Assembly: GCA_963706575.1 (NCBI GenBank)
Contig: CAVPNL010000003.1
Location: 96,001 to 160,000, forward strand
Origin: an uncultured delta proteobacterium
GTDB lineage: Bacteria; Desulfobacterota; Desulfobacteria; Desulfobacterales; JAHEIW01
Direction: 5' to 3'
DNA: 64,000 nt
The translations under genes were made by a program, and so were the position numbers. The notes under the pieces are model-generated. The model was not told the DNA's origin. It did no database searches and was given only the letters and a program-made list of their open reading frames with translations. Numbering within the stretch: the first letter of the stretch is position 1; every line of letters begins with the position of its first letter. Below are positions 59,817 to 64,000 of this stretch, in pieces.

Positions 59817-60022
59817 TAAAACCCATTTCAAAAATGCGTCTAAGCGCTCATGGCTGTGTCGCCCCGCCAAAGCGGGATTTCACATTAATTTTATGGATAT
59901 TAAGGCGTTCATCGACTCGGCTCAAAATGCTCACATACGACCGTGTATGCTCGGACACACGACTTTTTCGCCAAACCGCGCCTTACCATGAACCCTGATC
60001 CACATCTTTGAGATGGGTTCTA
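59817..60022. mobile_element. MITE-like element related to 35134-35279, TA-flanked
   Basis: TA-AAACCCATTTCAAAAATG...CATCTTTGAGATGGGTTC-TA. Internal AAATGCTCACATAC...GTATGCT and GCCTT...TGAACC.TGATC match the reverse complement of the 35134 element. Confidence 0.7.
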
Positions 60023-60340
60023 GTCGATAACGGTCTTATAATATTTTACACCGACCTGATAGCCGGGAACTTCATGAGAAGACAGTTGCTGGCACCATCT
60101 AACCTCGGCAAAATAGCCTTCATAAAGATCCGCCTGAACCGTATCCGGTGAATAATTTTCCATCATGATGTAAACGTCGGAACCCGGATCAACCGCTCTT
60201 GATGTTTTAAAGCACATACCGTCATTTGAATAGTTACACATCACGGCGTGAAAGAAGTGATCAGTATCATGATAAGCATAGACAATGGGTGCATCATTGT
60301 CATAACGCTCGAACACCCTTCTTTCGTCTTTTTTTTGCAT
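60020..60340 (-). CDS. Single-domain PilZ protein
   Basis: RRVFER (RxxxR), NYSNDG (NxSxxG), AEVRW and GVKY; GGAGGAG RBS. Confidence 0.88.
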   Translation of the reverse strand: MQKKDERRVFERYDNDAPIVYAYHDTDHFFHAVMCNYSNDGMCFKTSRAVDPGSDVYIMMENYSPDTVQADLYEGYFAEVRWCQQLSSHEVPGYQVGVKYYKTVID

Positions 60341-60805
60341 CTCCTCCCCTTGCCGAGGTTAATTGAGTAAAAATGTTTCCGGGTTGACACCCAACCATCG
60401 TAAGGTCATCTGGAAGCTTCAACCTCTTATTATGAGATAAACAGTCCGCTATGTCAAATAAAAATACAGTGATATCAAATAAATGGATCATTCCTGGATC
60501 CCTTCAGATGCCCCTGACGGGGATAAAAAAACCATAAAAATCGACCGGATGATTCCGGGAATCGGTTGTCTGTCGCCCGGGTAGGGAAATTCTTTAAAGG
60601 GGTGATGCGTATATTTTTTCTGTCGAGTTCAGCAGATCTTGCCGGATGGATTTGGCCGTCTTAAGTTTAACCGCAAAATGGCCGATAGGTGTTTTATACC
60701 GCTAAACAATTGAATCCTCTTACAAACATTTAAAATCATACAGAATTTTTTTATTTATGCGCGTTTCCGAACAAATACGCAACGATCTTAAAAGGAGAGC
60801 ACATT

Positions 60806-61942
60806 ATGGGTACAAATAATTCAGTTTTTCTGGAAAATTTGGAATGGTTTGACAATACCGGCCAGGAGCTGGTCCACCGCCTGCCGGAAGAAGGTTCCGG
60901 GGAAATAAAGTATGGTGCTCAGCTCACCGTCAGAGAGAGCCAGGCCGGTGTTTTTTTCTATAAGGGTAAAGCGGTCGGCGCATTTGGTGCGGGAAGGCAC
61001 ACCCTGAAAACTGCCAATATACCCATTTTAACAAAAATCGCCAGTTTACCCTGGGCAGGCACAAGCCCCCTGCGCGCTGAAATGTATTTTATCAACTTGA
61101 AAGTATTCATCAATTTAAAATGGGGCACGCGCGATCCGGTGGCATTTAAGGATTCCGAACTGGGCCTGATTCGGCTGAGGGCATTCGGCGTATTCAACCT
61201 CCAGGTGGTTCAACCGGTCCTGTTTGTCAACAGCTTGGTCGGCACTCAGGGCATGTTTACCACTGCTGAAATTGAAGAATATTTAAATCGTGTAATCGTC
61301 TCGCGCTTTAACGATCATATGGGAGAATCAATTGATTCGGTTCTGAATCTGCCGTCAAAGTATGAGGAATTGTCCCAAGGACTCTCCGAGCGACTGGCGG
61401 AGGATTTCAGTCATTTTGGCATCCGCCTGACCCATCTCTACATTAATGCAATTACGCCACCGCCCGAGGTACAGCAGGCGATTGATGATCGCAGCCGCAT
61501 GGGTGTATTTGATGATATGAATAAACTGATGCAGATGAAAGCGGCCATGGCCATGGAAAAAGCGACTGAATCCGAAGGCGGCTCCGGTATGGGAATGGGA
61601 ACCGGACTCGGCTTAATGATGCCGGCAATGTTTGCGCAATATTTTGCCGGTGCCCAGCCCGGACAAAATCAGAAAGCGCCTGAATCAAAATGCCCCGAAT
61701 GCCATAATTCCATCCCGGCTCATTCAAAGTTCTGCCCGGATTGCGGCCATCAGCTTTTGGTTTTTGAGCAATGTGCGCACTGCTCGAAAAACCTTACCCC
61801 CACGGCCAAATTTTGTTCCCGCTGTGGTCATGCGGTGGCAGAAACGCCCGAAAAGAAATTCTGCCCGAATTGCGGAAATGAAAATCTTGCCGACGCAGAT
61901 TTTTGCAATGAATGTGGTGAAAAATTAGGAGAAGCGCATTAA
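60806..61942 (+). CDS. SPFH (band 7, YdjI-like) protein with C-terminal zinc ribbons
   Basis: QLTVRESQ, GRHTL.T.NIPIL, KWGTRDP and LRAFG motifs; six CxxC motifs at the C-terminus. Confidence 0.9.
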   Translation: MGTNNSVFLENLEWFDNTGQELVHRLPEEGSGEIKYGAQLTVRESQAGVFFYKGKAVGAFGAGRHTLKTANIPILTKIASLPWAGTSPLRAEMYFINLKVFINLKWGTRDPVAFKDSELGLIRLRAFGVFNLQVVQPVLFVNSLVGTQGMFTTAEIEEYLNRVIVSRFNDHMGESIDSVLNLPSKYEELSQGLSERLAEDFSHFGIRLTHLYINAITPPPEVQQAIDDRSRMGVFDDMNKLMQMKAAMAMEKATESEGGSGMGMGTGLGLMMPAMFAQYFAGAQPGQNQKAPESKCPECHNSIPAHSKFCPDCGHQLLVFEQCAHCSKNLTPTAKFCSRCGHAVAETPEKKFCPNCGNENLADADFCNECGEKLGEAH

Positions 61943-63164
61943 TTTCCTGATTGAACATCAGTGCCCGCAGTGCGGCGCACCTGCCATTATGGAAGAAACG
62001 GACCGGCTCTTTACCTGCGAATTCTGCCGGGTGAAATCTTACCTGGTGGCCAAAGATGTGTTCCGTTATTTACTCCCCAGTCAGGCTCCGGAATCAAAAA
62101 ATCTATTGTACTTTCCCTATTGGCGCTTCAAAGGCATGCTGTTTTCCTGTGCGGGCAACAGTGTCGCACATAAATTTGTCGATGTAAGCCATCAGGCAGT
62201 CTTATCGCACTTGTTTCCGGTCAGCCTGGGTTTACGCAGCCAGGCATTGAAACTTAAATTTATAACGCCTGAAAACACAGGGCGATTTCTTAAACCTACC
62301 CAGTCCTTTGAGCAAGTCGAAAAAAATTTCGAGGACCGTTTTGGCAAGTCTTTGCCCAAACCTGTCCTGCACCAGACCCATATTGGCGAAACCCTCAGCC
62401 TGATTTATGCCCCCTTTTATCTACAACAGCGTCTATATGATGCCGTGCTCAACCGCCCCGTCTCAGCCGCACCGGCGGATGAATTTGAAATTGACCAACT
62501 GTCCGCTGAAAACCCGGATTGGCCGATTCATTTTATGGCAACCCTGTGCCCCCACTGCGGCTGGGATCTGGAAGGAAAAAAAGATTCCCTGGTGTTACTG
62601 TGCAAAAATTGTTCATCCGCCTGGTACCCGGTCGGTAAAAAATTAAAAAAAATCAAATTCGGCAAACACACAATCGATGACAACAATGCGATATATCTGC
62701 CTTTCTGGCGTATTCGCCCTGATATTTCCGGGTTAAACCTCGATAATTATGCTGATTTGATCCAAGTTGCCAATATCCCCAAGGTCATTCAACCCGGCTG
62801 GGAGGATATCGGTTTCCGATTCTGGGCACCGGCCTTTAAGGTTCGACCGAAGATATTTTTACAGCTTTCAAAAAACATGACCCTTTCGCAGCTTCATAAT
62901 GAAGCCGATGAGCAACTGCCCGAACATCGACATCACTCAATAACGCTTCCGGTAACCGAAGCCATTGAGAGCTTAAAAGTCAATCTGGCCAGTTTCCTTA
63001 AACCCAAAAATCGGCTTTCTGACATCCTGCCTTCAATTGAGGTTTCTGCCAAAAGCTTTGTGTTGATATATGTTCCTTTCATTGAAAAGCACCATGAATT
63101 CATCCAACCCCAGATACAGTTTGCCATTAACAAAAACATTATGGCACTTTCCGATAATTTATAA
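61938..63164 (+). CDS. Zinc-ribbon protein (YdjG-like); probable non-canonical ATT start at 61938
   Basis: The frame of the 61989 ORF extends upstream as INFLIEHQCPQCGAP, completing CPQC...CEFC. Second pair CPHC...CKNC; two Y.P[YF]WR motifs. Confidence 0.75.
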   Translation: MNFLIEHQCPQCGAPAIMEETDRLFTCEFCRVKSYLVAKDVFRYLLPSQAPESKNLLYFPYWRFKGMLFSCAGNSVAHKFVDVSHQAVLSHLFPVSLGLRSQALKLKFITPENTGRFLKPTQSFEQVEKNFEDRFGKSLPKPVLHQTHIGETLSLIYAPFYLQQRLYDAVLNRPVSAAPADEFEIDQLSAENPDWPIHFMATLCPHCGWDLEGKKDSLVLLCKNCSSAWYPVGKKLKKIKFGKHTIDDNNAIYLPFWRIRPDISGLNLDNYADLIQVANIPKVIQPGWEDIGFRFWAPAFKVRPKIFLQLSKNMTLSQLHNEADEQLPEHRHHSITLPVTEAIESLKVNLASFLKPKNRLSDILPSIEVSAKSFVLIYVPFIEKHHEFIQPQIQFAINKNIMALSDNL

Positions 63165-63350
63165 TCCCGCTTTCGCTAATTGGTTAATTAGTTCAATCGT
63201 AAAATAGTCGGATGATTTTATCCATTTCATACTAGAACCCATTTGACCAACGATGAAACGACTTACATTGAAAATCATAAGGAATTATGCGATAAATAAG
63301 GTGCAGATATATTCCTTTGATAACTAATTGACTATTCGACTATCTAACAA

Positions 63351-64000
63351 ATGGTAGAGCCCAAGCCACCTTCCCCGGATGCCCTGATCGACCTATTTTT
63401 GAACTATTTACTGGTCGAAAAGGGATTGGCGCAAAAAACGCTTGAAGCGTACAGCCGGGATATCATCCGATACCGCAATTTTCTGGCTGTGAATAAATCG
63501 ACTGGCTTTTCCGAAGAAGATACACCCCTGCTTCTGAAGCATTTAATTCTTCTCAGAAAAGACGGTTTGAAGGCGCGCTCAAGGGCGCGGCATCTGGTCG
63601 CCATCAGAGGTTTCTATCGATTTCTGGTTCAGGAAAAAATCCTGCGGAATGACCCTGCCCGACTGATTGATCTTCCGAAGTCCGGTTTAAAATTGCCCCA
63701 CGTTTTGTCAAAAGAAGAAATTGAACTTTTACTGAATACTCCGGATATCGCCAAACCGATCGGCCTCAGGGATGCAGCCATGCTGGAACTCATGTATGCA
63801 GCCGGTTTGCGAGTCTCTGAGCTGATTAATTTAAAGTTACAGGATATCAATCTGGAAGCCGGATTTGTTCGCATCTTCGGTAAAGGTTCCAGAGAAAGGA
63901 TTGTACCGATCGGGGCTCATGCAAGAGAAAAAGTCAATACCTATCTAAAAACCGTCAGATCGAAGCGTTTAAAGCAAACATCTAGCCCGTATCTTTTTAT
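63351..64000 (+). CDS. xerD: Site-specific tyrosine recombinase XerD (runs off the window)
   Basis: Not in the ORF track. FLNYLLVEKGLAQKTLEAYSRD, LPHVLS, LRDAAMLELMYAAGLRVSEL and GKGSRERIVP. Confidence 0.92.
   Translation, partial: MVEPKPPSPDALIDLFLNYLLVEKGLAQKTLEAYSRDIIRYRNFLAVNKSTGFSEEDTPLLLKHLILLRKDGLKARSRARHLVAIRGFYRFLVQEKILRNDPARLIDLPKSGLKLPHVLSKEEIELLLNTPDIAKPIGLRDAAMLELMYAAGLRVSELINLKLQDINLEAGFVRIFGKGSRERIVPIGAHAREKVNTYLKTVRSKRLKQTSSPYLF

Noticed and set aside
60341..60430. c-di-GMP riboswitch upstream of the PilZ gene
   Set aside because: I could not find the GGCAAA...GAAA...GACGCAAAG core; a covariance search would be needed.
63351..64000. Phage or island integrase
   Set aside because: The motifs match housekeeping XerD and no mobile cargo is adjacent.

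Overview
A 64-kb chromosomal window from a bacterium that looks like a Desulfobacterota/Desulfobacterales-type deltaproteobacterium. This assignment is inferred from gene style, tRNA-Sec and the intergenic repeat types. Left end: a large secreted subtilase/PQQ-type sugar dehydrogenase/Ig-repeat fusion missing from the ORF track, beside a decayed integrase at tRNA-Leu. Next come ribF-def-fmt-rsmB-PASTA-rpe and a TetR-controlled LolA-like/ABC/outer-membrane operon. The centre (about 19-41.7 kb) is the most striking part. It holds a sigma54/PilR-type controlled type IV pilin gene followed by three TMTC-like (GT-C + TPR) membrane glycosyltransferases, each grouped with a polyprenol-phosphate-type GT2 and methyltransferases, plus a VKOR-DsbA fusion and a flippase-like protein. 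This is a candidate bacterial TMTC-type pilin glycosylation and oxidative-folding system. The right half holds pyrC, lepB, pgpA, larC, selC, a Kef-type antiporter, HDAC, rlmD, cinA, an RpoH-type sigma factor, tRNA-Arg, an SPFH/zinc-ribbon pair and xerD. A TA-targeting MITE family, many hairpin repeats and several pseudogenes or remnants are also visible. All calls are by eye from motifs; no searches were run.
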